A model generated the notes under the pieces. The model did no database searches, had not been told where the DNA came from, and was given only the letters and a program-made list of their open reading frames with translations. DNA of 64,000 nucleotides, from NCBI RefSeq assembly GCF_036365525.1, contig NC_090374.1, forward strand, positions 53,206,532 through 53,270,531, written 5' to 3'. Positions 1 through 12,619 of the stretch are shown one piece after another (position 1 is the first letter of the stretch; each line of letters begins with the position of its first letter). The stretch is from Heterodontus francisci (Eukaryota). A program made the position numbers and the translations under genes.

Positions 1-250
1 TTGGTGGTTATGCACTGGGGCTTAGATTCAGGGTCACAAGGTGGTGACAGCACCACACACGTGTTGGAGACACGTTGACGGAGACTGTGAAAGCCGAGTC
101 CTCTGACAGTTGGAGGACAGTGGGTGGCCAGGCACATGCTTAGCCCCAGGCTGATGATGAGCCTCTGGTGTCGGCAGCACAAAACATTCTGGGATTGCAG
201 AGAGAGTAAAGGAACTTCTGGCAGAGATGCCAGAGGCAATGCATAGCCAT

Positions 251-1781
251 GATACTGAAAAGGTTATGGGCCTTGACAACATTTCGGCAACAGTACTAAA
301 GACTTGTGCTCCAGAACTAGCCATGCCCCGAGCCAACCTGTTCCAGTACAAATACAACTCTGGCATCTACCCGGCAATGTGGAAAAGGGGCAAGGAATGT
401 CTGCCCACAAAAAGCAGGACAAATCTAACCCAGCCAATTACCACCCTATCAGTCCACTCTCAATCAGCAATGTGATGGAAGGGGTCGTTGACAGTGCTAT
501 CAAAGCAGCACTTGCTCAGCAATAACCTGTTCACTGATGCTCATTTTGCATTCTGCCAGGGCCACTCAGCTCCTGACCTCATTCCCCTGCACCTTCCTTG
601 GTCCAAACATGGATAAAAGAGTTGAACTCAAGAGATGAAAGTGACTGCCTTTGACATTATTTGACTGAGTGTGGCCTCAAGGAGGCCTAGCAACACTGAA
701 GTCAATGGAAATCAGGGGGAAAACTCTCCACTGGTTGGAGTCATACTTAGAACTAAGGAAGATGGCTGTGGTTGTTGGAGGTCAATCATCGCAGTCCCAG
801 GACATCACTGCAGGAGTTCCTCAAAGTGGTGTCCTAAGCCCAACCATCTTCAGCTGCTTCATCAATGACCGTCCCTCCATCATAAGGTCATAAGTGGGGA
901 TCGCTGATGATTGTGCAATGTTCAGCAGCATTCGCAACTCCACAGATACTGAAGCAGCCTGTGTCCATATGCATCAAGACCTGGACAACATTCAGGCTTG
1001 AGCTGATAAGTGGCAAGTAACATTTTTGCCAGACAAGTGCCAGGCAATGACCATCCCAAACAAGAAAGAATCTAACCACATGACTGACGTTCAATGGCAT
1101 TAGATCGCTGAATCCCCCACCATCAACTTCCTGGGGTTACCACTGAGCAGAAACTGAACTGGCGTAGCCACGTATATGCTGTGGCTACAAGAGCAGGTCA
1201 GAGGCTAGGAATTCTGGGGTGAGTAACTCACTTCCTGTCTCCCCAAAGCCTGTCCAACATCTACAAGGCACACATCAGGAGCGCGATGAAATACTCTCCA
1301 CTTGCCTGGATGGTGCAGCTCCAACAACACTCAAGGAGCTCGGCACCATCCAGGAAAAAGCAGTCCGCTTGATTGGCACCCCATCCACCACCTTCAACAT
1401 TCACTCCATTCACCACTGACGCACATTGGCATCAGTGTGTACCATATACAAGATGCACTGCAGTAACTCACCAAGGCTCCTTCGACAGTACGTTCCAACC
1501 CCGTGACCTCTACCACCTAGAAGGACAAGGGCAGCAGATGGATGGGAACACCACCACCTGCAAGTTCCTCTCCAAGCCACACACCATCCTGACTTGGAAC
1601 TATATTACCATTGCATCATTGTAACTGGGTCAAAATCCTAGAACTCCCTTCCTAACAGCACTGTTGATGTACCTACACCCAAGGACTGCTCACCACCACC
1701 TTCTCAAGGGCAATTAGGGATGGGCAATAAATGCTGGCTTAGCCAGCAATGCCCACATCCCACGAACGAATAAAAAAAAAA
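251..1781 (+). mobile_element. 5'-truncated CR1-clade LINE (family B), RT plus 3' end
   Basis: Broken ORFs MGLDNISATVLKTCAPELA, NPANYHPISPLS, AGVPQSGVLSPTIF, ADD motif; 3' end gggatgggcaataaatgctgg followed by A-tail. Confidence 0.85.
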
Positions 1782-2621
1782 GAGCCCATAATGGAGGTGT
1801 CCATCCATGTCATGAGTGCTGTCATGTCTCAGGCTTGTGAGCACATGGCTTCCTCCATCGAGAGGTTGGCGACCCTTATGGACAGCCACATCCCTCAGAT
1901 GCAAACAGACTTGCATGCACTTGCCTTGGCCTTGAGCTCAACGCAGCAGTGGCAAGGTGAGAGAGGGACGAGGCGCCGGGAGCCTTCTCCAGCTCCTCGT
2001 CCTTCTATAGTCAACAGGGAGGTTCAAGTGAGCCTTGAAAGGAAGAGTCTACCCTCCACATCTGGGGGCTCCCCACATTCCGAGTGTGGACAGCGGCTCC
2101 TCAGCCCTGCCGCCAGTGACTCCAGCTCTAGTACCCGCGACGACTTAGGAGGCTCTTGCATCTGTGCAGGAACCCCTCAGCCAGCCGGGGCCCTCCAGGC
2201 CTCAGATAGCAAGAGGACGCCTGCCAAAGTCATCACAGGCCAAGGCACAGCTTAGCCTGCCTCCACCTCAGCTGCCAGCGCAGGGGTTGCACTATGTAGA
2301 AGCAACAAAAGCGTATTAAGACTAGCACCTGGATGAACTTGGGGCTTCATGGGTTTGGCCTTTGCACTGGTTGCTATAATTGAGCTAAAAAATGGGGGTC
2401 AAATTCATTGCTGTAAATGGTTCATGCTTTCATTGCTGACTTGTGAGATGCAACCTTCAACCTTGTTCCCTCAATGCGTGCTCGTGTAGGCTCAGGCTTT
2501 GTTTGGTCAGAGTCTCTGATATGTCGGAGCACATGGTGACATTGGGCGCTAGGCGACAGGAAGAAGGAGATAGGCGGAATACACTGAGGTGAGTCTTTAT
2601 TGAGGTCATTTTGAGAGGCTA

Positions 2622-4450
2622 TCATGGTGGCAGAAAGTGGGTATGTACGAGATTGTGTCGTACCTCCTTTGCGCACCTCTCAATGGTCCAGGCCTTCGGT
2701 GCAAGAGAATCATTATCCTGAGCTGCCTGCTCCACATCCTCCTCATCGGATGAGGACTGGTGATCAATCATGTCCTCTTCATGTAAGGCCTCCCACTCTG
2801 CTATGTTAGATTGTACAGAGTACAGCAGACCACCACAATACGCGAGACCTTGGGTGGTGGATACTGCAAGGCTCCACTGGATCAATCAAGGCACCAGAAT
2901 CTCATCTTCAGCAGCCCAATGGCCTGTTCGATTGGTCGTTCAGATGGACTCGTGGCAGGTGTTGTATCTGTTCTCCACTGCATTGCAAGGTTTCCTCACA
3001 GGCGTCAGTAGTCATGTCTTCAATGGGTAGCCCTTGTCCCTGAGAATCCATCCCTGAAGAAGAGCGGGCAGCCTGAAAAGCTGTGGCACCTAGGACTGTC
3101 TAAGTACGTAGGTGTCGTGGCTGCTTCCCGGAAAGCAGGCACACACCTGTAGGAAACGCTTTCGGTGGTCGCAGACCAGTTGTGTGTTGATGGAATGGAA
3201 GCCCTTCCTATTGATGAAGGCGGCTGGCTGCTCTGTCGGAGCCTTGGGGCTGGATTTTATGGGCCCCCCTAAGACGGGCCAGACACAGGGGGGGCATGGA
3301 GAATCGCGATGAATGGCAGAAAGGCGCAGAGCCCGTCGCTAAGCGATCTTACTGGGGACTGATGACAGCCTTCCCACCTAGAGGCCAATTAAAGCCCTTG
3401 TGGCCTATTAACGGGCAATCAAGGGCGTCTTCCCACCGCCACTGGAATCTTACCAGCAGCAGGGTAGGCTCTCCGCCATGGCGGGGGTGGGGGGGAGGGA
3501 CCTTGTAAAACAGGGCACCTTCCCTGTGGGCTCTGGGGTCGGGATGGGGGGGTTGGTCCTCCTGGGAACCACTTCATCCCCCCCAGGACCGCCCTCGCCC
3601 TAGAATGCATGACAACCTCCTCGCACCAACCCCGCAACCCCTCGCAGGGGCTTTCCAGTCTGGCCCCAGCAACCCCGCCTGACCTACCTCTGGTCTGGGG
3701 TTCTAGCGCTGGGCCTGGGTCTGAGGCCTCTGCAGTACCAGCAGTGACCACCACTCCTGGTGGCACTGATGATAGTGCTGAGCTGCCGACCCACTGATTG
3801 GCTGGCAGTTCATGGAGGCAGGAACCCATCTTTAAAGGGACAGATATCCCAGCTTGTGAAACTTTGATGGAAAAAGACCAGAGGATCGCTCCGGGGAAGT
3901 GTGGGTGGTGGGGAGGGTGGGGGGAGTGGGTGGGGAGGTGTTGGAATCCCTACCTTTCCGGCCCAGCACCAGGAGCCCCGCCTCTGACACAAAATCCAGC
4001 CTTTGATGGCCACATCTATGACACCTTGCACCTGGGGGAATCCAACAATGCCCCTGAAGCCAATGACCCTCTCCGCCTGACTGTCAGGGTCGGTCCAGTA
4101 ATGCATAGAGTTTCTGACCCTCTGGAACAAGGCAATGCTCACCTCCTTGATGCAGCAATGGGCTGCTGCCTAGGAAACCCCACACATGTCCCTTGGGGAT
4201 CCCTACAAATAGCCAGATGCGTAGAAGTGGAGTGCCACACTGCTCTTCAGGGCCACAGGCATTGAGTGTCCACCAAAGCCCATGAGTTGCAGTTCATCCT
4301 GCAGCTTGTTGCATAAATCCATGACAGCCTCCCTGGAAAGCCGCAGTCTTTAATGACACTGGCGTTCAGACATTTGGAGGTAGCTGAGGCAAGTCCCGTA
4401 CAATCTCTGACACAAATAAGCCCTTCTTGGCATGGCCGCTGCTGACTCTC
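2622..4450 (-). pseudogene. Harbinger DDE transposase (HARBI1-like), disrupted
   Basis: GFRGIVGFPQVQGVIDVAIK|[31 protein letters not shown], acidic C-terminus; interrupted by a MITE. Confidence 0.85.
3247..4002. mobile_element. Non-autonomous Harbinger MITE nested in the transposase gene
   Basis: TIRs gggctggatttt / aaaatccagcct; 3-bp TSD TTG (3244-3246, 4003-4005); removing it restores VAIKAP. Confidence 0.85.
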
Positions 4451-4689
4451 TGCTATTGAAGCTTCATGGGCGGGCCTAGCCAGATCCTAGCCCTCCCTGT
4501 CTCTGAGCTGCTGCTGCGCAGCACGGGGATGTACAAAGACTGGGTGTATGAGACCCATGCCAGCTGATTTTGCCCTTCCCGTGCGCTGTCCTTGCAGAGA
4601 CAAACTTGCCTTGGTACCTCCCCAGTGCTATTCCCCCCTGAAGACATGCTAAATGCCACTCAGCACCCACCCTTGCAGAGAGACCATCA

Positions 4690-4980
4690 ACTGAGACTGT
4701 GCCCAGCCTATCCTTGCATGCAAGACTGCACCCACCCTACCCTTGCCACCGTGCTCCACAGACTGCGCCCACCCTATCTTTTCACCCAAGACTGCACCGA
4801 CCCTTGCAACCGTGCACCCGAGACTGCGCCCAACCTACCCTTGCACCCGAGATGGCGCCCACCCTACCCTTGCACCTGACACTATGCCCAGCCTTGCACC
4901 TGTGTGTCCACCCTTGCACCTGAGACTGCGCCCACCCTACCCTTGCACCCAAGATTGCGACCACCTAACCCTTGCCCAGT
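4690..4980. repeat. Minisatellite, ~29-bp unit gagactgcgcccaccctacccttgcaccc
   Basis: About ten degenerate tandem copies read directly. Confidence 0.8.
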
Positions 4981-5688
4981 ACCACAGGCCAACAATGGTC
5001 TCTGCTCTCCCCTCTTTCCTTGTTCACTGCTCACCATGGCTACCTTCACTCAGCGGCCCTGAGGCCTCACCTCGGTGCCGCCATCTTTAAAAGGTCAGAG
5101 ATCTGGAGGCACATAATCCCCATGAACAGTTGACTCAATCTAATCTCCCACCCCTTAAAATTAACAACAATTCAAAGCAAATGTATTCTAACTATTCACC
5201 AATTCAAATTGCAGTCCCGCCACTTCATGCTGGTAATGCCACCTTGGAGCTTTTCCACGTGACAAAATCTGAAACTGACGTCATACCGTCAGTTTTCCAG
5301 GCAAGCGCATCTGTCCCAATGTTTTACCCCCTCCACTTCAACTCCTGCTCCTGCCAGCCAGATAAAATCCAGCCCATTGAGAAGACAATGGTGGTCAGCA
5401 AAGTTCATCTCAGCTAATTCATCCTCACTGCAAACAATCTTTGTTCGGATTGATGTCCTTAAAAAAATGTTTATTTAGAAAATAAGGCTCTTATTAAATA
5501 TGTCTTAACTAACTTACTGATCCGCATTGTGTGTTGTACAAGTGAGAATAAGACTACATTATTTACAGCACATGACAGAAAGTTTCCTTCTTCCTCAAGC
5601 TCTCTCTTTTGCTGTGTCAAAAAAATACAACTAAAAAGTACTGAAAAAGTTTAGTTTAAAAAAAAAATAAATTGCATGCAATTTCTAC

Positions 5689-5773
5689 CTTGTTTGGATG
5701 CCCTGCGTTGAATCCTCATCTTAGGAAAAGATGGCCAGGAGTAATTGAAAGGTGAATCTGAGTCTGAATCCAT
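5689..5773 (-). CDS. ARHGEF28: Alternative first coding exon of Rho GEF 28 short isoform (exon 5689-5848)
   Basis: Encodes MDSDSDSPFNYSWPSFPKMRIQRRASKQ plus 1 nt, matching my recollection of the human ARHGEF28 short-isoform N-terminus; acceptor ttttattttgcatcacag, donor AAG|gtagaa, phase 1; in-frame ATG at 5797 directly preceded by TAG. Confidence 0.72.
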
Positions 5774-6403
5774 TCTGGTGACTTTAAATAAACACATCTA
5801 ACGTACTGGAGCAGGACTTTGTTGTGCACACAAATGACTCAAGTCCAGCTGTGATGCAAAATAAAAGAATGAAGGAGGCTGGGATCAAATTGCTCTGTAA
5901 CCTAGGGGAGGGTGTAGCAGTAAAATGTTTGGTCTCTTCAGGCAATCAGGCATGTAGATGGGCTGTAAATAACAACGTAAAATTGGGAAATGTAAGTGGA
6001 GCTGCACCCACTATCCATGTGCATTTGGAAGGTCAGCATAAGCCCATAACTCATTAACTCACCTTTTCATTTCTATGCAAATGCAACTCCCGTGGAGAAA
6101 CATAAAATATGGCAAACATAAATCAGCAAAAAACAGAAACTAAAATAATTCCCACTCCCCCTAAAAATCTTGAAATTGGCCTTCCTTTCCCTGAAAAAAA
6201 GATAAACAAAACACAACTTGAGCAATTACTCGCAACTTAGCGCAAGTAAATCACTTATTTACGTAACTGTTTCTGTGACCTGTTGATAGGAAGTTCAAGG
6301 CAGAGGTTAAACAAATAATCTCAGCTCCTCATTATGGCCAGACAGTCCTCTGCCGGACTGCTGGAGACCTTTGTCGAACTGCACGCAGTGCAGAGACACT
6401 CAC

Positions 6404-6620
6404 AAACATTGGCAGGCAGCGAGAGCTGCCAGCTGAGAAAGCAAGATTACACCTCTCCACCGAGAACCAGACTACTCGATAAACCAGCAGTCTGAAGGTC
6501 CGCACACTTATCTCTTCAAGGCAAAACAGCAAGTGGTTTAAACATTAGGGAGCAAGGTTTTAAAATAATCAGCTGCTATCTCACAGACTGTCTTCCTCCC
6601 GCCCCCCCCCCCCCCCCCGC
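6404..6620 (-). promoter_or_regulatory. Putative internal promoter / non-coding first exon of the short isoform
   Basis: Unique, CpG-richer sequence ending in donor TTT|gtgagt (6398-6403); GATA- and FOX-like sites and a G-run upstream on - strand. Confidence 0.35.
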
Positions 6621-7460
6621 ATATTATTCATTAAATCAGTGAGCACTACTGGATTTTACAATCCTGGCATCTTTACAGCATCAGTCTAACTTCTCAGCTA
6701 TGCATAATAGAGCAAGTGGCCAATTTACAACAAATTCTCCATTCTTACAGTCTCCTGAATAACTTGCAGGTAATTAGTATTCAGCAAGGACTCATAACCC
6801 TTCCCCCAACATTTTTTTCCATACAGTTTTTTGTGTCTCTAATCATCGTCACACATTAGCAATCACAGAATAATTTGTTCATCATTTGTTAAACTTGACA
6901 GTTTTTTAAAAAAGAAATACAAGCCTCATGTTATGTGAGTACTTGCAGAGGCTGAGTAAAGATGGAGAGTGAATGTGCAGATTGGCTTAAATGTCAGCGT
7001 TTCAAGTCTATGACATTTGAGCTTGTTAACATTCCTCACTTCAGTTCAATTATTTTTCAACCCACTGCAGCTTACAGTAGTATTTCTGTACAAAACTTAA
7101 ATTATTCATTAGTTAGCATTTTCTTTACACACTGCACACACAGAACAGCCCAATATATTACAGTTAATTTAACTTGCAAATTCCAGCAAACTATTAGACC
7201 GACTTGAAGATTATGCAAGAACAAAAATATTTACACGTTATACAGAGAGGTGAAGACAAAGACCCTTTGTGTGACCAAGTTTTGTGAAGTAACACATTAC
7301 TCCACTGATTAATCAACATTGATAGCACTTTTTCCAAAAGCTTGGAGTATTGGACAAAACCCTTCATCAGGTAAGAATTTCAGCTGCTGTTACTGTTGAA
7401 AATGTAAATCCACTTTCCATCAATACAATGCTATAATGCAACACAAATTTATCAGTTATC

Positions 7461-7605
7461 ACATTTATAAGTTCTGACGAAAGGTCATCGACCTGAAATC
7501 TGTTTCTTTCTCCACAGATGCTGCCTGACCTGAATATTTCCAGCATTGTCTGATTTTATTTCATATTTCCAGCATCTGCAGTATTTTGCTTTTGCATTAT
7601 TTTAA
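7461..7605 (+). mobile_element. Penelope-derived short repeat with hammerhead ribozyme core
   Basis: CTGACGA-aaggtc-atc-gacct-GAAA; TSD atcagttatc (7451-7460, 7606-7615). Confidence 0.75.
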
Positions 7606-8321
7606 ATCAGTTATCTCGATAGTTTTACTGTCACTTCCAGAATAACAAAGCAACCACTGAAAGAATTTTATCTTCACACAGACGGACTCATTGCCTGTCC
7701 CAAACCTTCGCAGTAGAAAATAAAATAACAAAGAACAGTGGGGTAGATTTTGGTCTGGACCCATTTTCAGACCGAATTTTAGTGCAGCAAGATCAATGGC
7801 GCCCAAAATAAGAGTTGTTGGAAACTGATCCTTGAGCCTCACCAGCATACTCACTGCAAGGTGAGACCACTGTGGTCAGACCACCTGCCTCACTGGCAGA
7901 GACCCTCAGTTAAGTCCCAATGGGGGAAACTGGAACAAACTACAGGCGGGAAAGTGATCGTGACTCCTGGCTCCACAGGAACAATTTTATTTTTAAATAT
8001 TAGCTTGGTTTCTGTTGGCATCTGTGTGGACTGCTAAAGAATCCTGAGTGGGCCAAGCCCAATACTGCCTATTCATTGGCAACTAATTTCTGGAAGGGGC
8101 CCTTCAAAGCACGTTAGGCCCCTAATTTAGATATTTAAGGGGTTAAAAACCTGTGTAAGGTAATGTGCAAGTCTGGGATTCGGTAATCCTGCCTTACTTA
8201 TGTTGATAAGCAGCTTCACAGAAACTGTGTGTATCTACTTATGAAACACAGAATATGTGTCAAAACCTAACTTTTCAAAATACTCCTTTTAACTCAGCTG
8301 CTGTTCAACTCCATTCTCCAC

Positions 8322-11300
8322 AACATTTCTGCAGCATTCAAACACACCCTCCCCTCCTCCACCTTCAATATTCTAGTCCCCATTAAAACCATTACTCTCC
8401 AACTCTTGTCGTTTCCCCAGTACGACCTTCTGCTCTGCATCCTATTAAGTCCAAGTGAACATTTATGGCAGACAACTGGTTTAGCCATGCATCACAAGAT
8501 CTGACAGGACCATATCAGGCACTATCAGGTTCTGTTCTCCTCCAACAAAACTGCTCACTATTCCAGAAACAGCCTGGAATGTAAAGATAATCCTGGATTT
8601 GCTTCTCCACTATAAACCATCTTTTTAAAAGCCCTCTCCCTGCTCAACCCTCACCTCAAAATAAAGAGTGAAGAGCTCATGGAGTTCTTTATCACTAAGA
8701 TTGAGAGCACCCCTTCAAATTGCCTTTCACCCCCCCTTCCCCTAGGCCACTAAGGCAAACTACCTCTAAAGTTCCCCCTGTCCTAACCTGAACTCGTATC
8801 CTTCTCTAGCTTCTCTCCCATCTTCCTTCATGGCCTCTCTGAGTTCATCTTCTCCATGAGACCCACCTCCTGCTCCTTTGACTCTTCTTGGCATTTCTTC
8901 GCAGATGAAGATTTTGGGAAGGGTGTACTCATCGGTTGCAGGCCCACTGGTGGCTAGTCAGGCCTGTCAGTGACCGGCAGATTCTCCCACAGCAGGTACA
9001 AGTGAAGGTGTAGTCGCTGCTGGAGGCAAATATCCTTCTCCTCCTTTTCTCTTTCGTGCTGGTTTGTCACTCACTCTCAAAGGTGTCTGTAGCCCTCCTG
9101 ATGTAGCATCTCCAGGCATCACAATCTATGGCCTGCGCTTCCCATTGGCGATGGTCGATGTGGCACACAGAGAGTGACTTCTTCAGGGAGTCCTTGAAAC
9201 ATTTGCATGTTGCCCCTCTGTTCTGTTTACCCGTGGTCAGCTCTCCATACAGGCGAGTGTCGTCCATGTGACCCGCCCAACGCAGTTGACTTTGCAGGAG
9301 GTAGGCCTCAATGCTGGTGATGTTGGCTGTTTCTAGGACTTCAATGTTTGTGATGCAGTCCTGTCAGCGGATCTTGAGGATGCTGCAGAGCCAGCACTGA
9401 TGGAAGAGCTCTAGATGGCGTACGTGATGGCGGTATAGGACCCATGACTCGGCGCCATACAGAAGGATAGTGAGGACTACGGCTTTGTACACTTTGAGTT
9501 TGGTCTGTGCACTGAGGCTGTGGTTACCCCACACTCATTTGTAGAGTCTGCCGAATGTACTGTTTGCTTTTCAGAGCCTATTGTCCACTTCCTTGTCTAT
9601 GATGCCAACAAACGAGATGATGCTCCCCAAATAAGTAAATTGCTTGACGGCATTCAGCTCGGTTGCCTCGATGTCAATGCTTGGTGGTCTATATTCTTCT
9701 TGGGGTGCAGGCTGATGCAGGACTTCAGTTTTCTTTAAGCTGATTTTTAGTCCAAAGAGTTGTGCCGCCTCGAAAAAATGTGTTGTTATACGTTGTTATG
9801 GGAAGATCCTGGCCAGAATACTTCTGAACAGGCTTGTGCCTACCATTGCGGAAGAAAACCTCCCACAGAGCCACTGTGGTTTCAGAACAAACATAGGCGC
9901 CACAGACATGGTATTTGCACTCAATTACAAGAAAAGTGTGGTGAGCAAAACAAAGGCCTGTACGTCACTTTCATAGACATCACGAAGGCATTCGACACTG
10001 TCAGCAGAGATGGACTTTGGAAAATCCTTGAAAAACTTGGATGCCCACCCAGGTTCCTGACCATGATGAAGCTGATTCTTGAAAAACAGTACGGACAAGT
10101 CAAGCAAAACAGCAACCTCTCGAGTCCCTTCCGAATCTCCAATGGCATGAAGCAGGGATGTGTGCTGGCCCCAATCTTATTCACCATCTTTTTCAGCATG
10201 TTGCTGCAGCAGGCAACGGAAGACCTTAAGGAGGGAGTTTACGTATGCTTCTGGACTGATGGAGGCCTTTTAAACCTTAGGCGTCTTCAGCTCACACAAA
10301 GGCACAAGAAAAACTCATCCGTTACCTTCTTTACGCCGATGACTGTGCTCTCCTGGTCCACAGTCAGTCAGACCTGCTCCCTTGACTATATTCCAGCCAA
10401 ACTGTTGACCACTCAACTTCCCTTCATGGCCCATGTAAATGGTTTCCTCTCCTCAAGTACTATCAACCTGCCATTTAAATCTGCCATCATCACCCCTCCC
10501 TCAAAGTAAGAGCCCTTAACCCCACTGTCCTTGCAAACTACCAGCCCATCTCCAATCTCCCTTGCCTCACCAAAGTCCCTGAATGTTGCCTCCCAAATCC
10601 ATGCCCATCTTTCCCACAACTCCATATTTGACACCTCCAATCAGGTTTCTGCCACTGTCATAGCATTGAAAATGCCCTTATCAAAATCACAAATGACATC
10701 CTACGTGACCATAGTAAATTATCCCTTCTCATCTTTCTCAACCTGTCTGCAGTTTTTAACATGGCTGACCACACCATCATCCTCCTACACTTCTCCTCCT
10801 GCGTACAGCTGGGTTGGACTACCCTTACCTGGTTCCATTCTTATCTATCCATTCCTAGGCACAGAAGGATTTGCAATGGCTTCTCTTCCAACTCCCACAC
10901 TGTTCCCTCTAGAGTCCCCAAGGGTCCATCCTTGGTCCATTCCTATTTTCATCTAAATGGTGACCCTTGTGACATCATCCAAAAACAGGTCAGGTTCCAC
11001 TTCTACACTGATGACACCCAGCTCTGCCTTACCACCACCTCTCTCGCCCCCTTCTACTGCTCCCCTGATTTGTGATGCTGCTTGTCTGATATCCAGTCTG
11101 TGATGAGCAGAAATTTCCTCTAACTAAATATTGGGAAGATGCAATTCACTGTCTTCAGTTCCTACCACAAACTCCACTCCATAGCCACTGACTCCATTCC
11201 TCTATTTAAACATTGCCTGAGGCTAAACCAGTCTGTTTACAACCTTGGTGACCTACTTGACGCTGAGACAAGCTTCCAACACCAACGCCTCTCCATCACC

Positions 11301-11520
11301 AAGACCGCCTATGACGACCTCTGTAATATTGCCTGCCTCAGCTTATCTGCTGATGAAACCCTCATCTATGCCTTTGTACCCTTAGGCTTAACTATTTCCA
11401 TGTTCTCCTGGCTGGCCTCCCATCTTGCACCCTCCATAAATTTGAATTCATCCAAAACTCTTTTGTCCATATCCTTACTTGCACCATGTCCATTTATCCA
11501 TCACTCCTGTGTTTGCAGCT
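8322..11520 (+). mobile_element. L2 LINE, degenerate, interrupted by an RTE
   Basis: CSLDYIPAKLL, FKSAIITP, NYQPISNLP, DHTIILL, FYTDDTQL motifs. Confidence 0.85.
8884..10372 (-). mobile_element. RTE LINE with 5' inversion (8884-9795 on -, 9796-10372 on +)
   Basis: 3' tail gccaagaag at 8884; + part GKILARILLNRL...QGCVLAP...YADDCALLVHSQSDL continues as QRITTHF on -; 15-bp TSD cctgctcc(t/c)ttgact. Confidence 0.9.
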
Positions 11521-11689
11521 GGCTGCACACCTCAGCAGGGAACCCAAGTTTGAGCAAAGCTAGCACCACTTAATGCTAGCCTGCACTACTTAAAGCCAGC
11601 CTGTATCTCTTAAGTGCAAGATGCATTCTAGCAGCAGCAGGGGCTGGAAGAAGTTAGGAAGAGTTCACGAGTACTAACAGGTGTGGAAA

Positions 11690-12600
11690 TGCGCAACAGG
11701 CCAGACAGTGTGCTCCAAGGTTCTCTGATGCAACTTTAGAGACCTTGATGCATGAGGTGGAGGGGAGGAGAGAGGTTCCCTTTGCTCAGGGGGCCAGGAC
11801 GCCCTCTTGACAGACATTACGAAGGCAGTGCCAGCAGACAGCCACTGCAGTCAATGCCAGCAGTCTAACTGAGGACTTGGATGCAGTGCCGCAAAAGGTT
11901 CAATAACTGCACAAGGGATCAACATGAATGGACCTTCACATGCTGTATCCTTACAAATCAACTGCTCAGCCTCGCACACTGCTCCATTCACCACAGCCCC
12001 TTCACTCACCAGCCACCACTTATCATACTGACTGACTCATACCCAATATTCATATCTTCACTTCACCTTCACACACCTAGCAATGCTGTGAGCCTCATAC
12101 TCACATTTCAGAGTTTGCTATTAAACTGTGACAGAAACATCATCCAAACACATTGCACCACACTCATTAATGCACCTTCTACTCTCTTGCAGGACAAGGT
12201 GGTCCATTATTGGAGGCAGAAGCACCTAACCGGTGGAGGACAGGCACAACAATATTTCATCACCCCTAAGAAAGGGGCAATGCTGGGAATCATTGGTGCG
12301 GCCACAACAGAAGCCATGGCCAACAGTGGGGCTGAAACCATAGAGGATGACTGTGTGTTCCTACCTTATCCACCTTTTCACATCCCACTTACCCTGCATC
12401 CCACATTCTTTTCCGATTTACAAGCTGCAGATGATGTAAGGACGCACCTTATGCATTCCCCGTTTTCCCTCACCCCACTCCCACCCTACCTTTGTGCCTT
12501 TATCCTTTCCAATACCCAAGAACTTCTAACCGGTCAAGAACTGGTGTAGAAGCCAGAAGTCCAAGAGGAGCAAGAGACTGATGAAGAAACACCATCACTC
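11690..12600 (+). mobile_element. Harbinger Myb/SANT DNA-binding gene remnant with introns
   Basis: APRFSDATLETLMHEVEGRREV, WMQCRKRFN, LTGGGQ motifs. Confidence 0.75.
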
Positions 12601-12619
12601 GATCTCACACTCGCAAAGG

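Larger units (their letters stand above)
1..5375. mobile_element. Degenerate PIF/Harbinger DNA transposon (left end outside window); Myb/SANT-type ORF remnants on +, transposase on -
   Basis: Right TIR aaaatccagccc ends at 5375; convergent two-gene layout; HARBI1-like motifs on - strand. Confidence 0.7.

Noticed and set aside
4690-4980. CRISPR-like array
   Set aside because: Contiguous tandem units without unique spacers in eukaryotic DNA.
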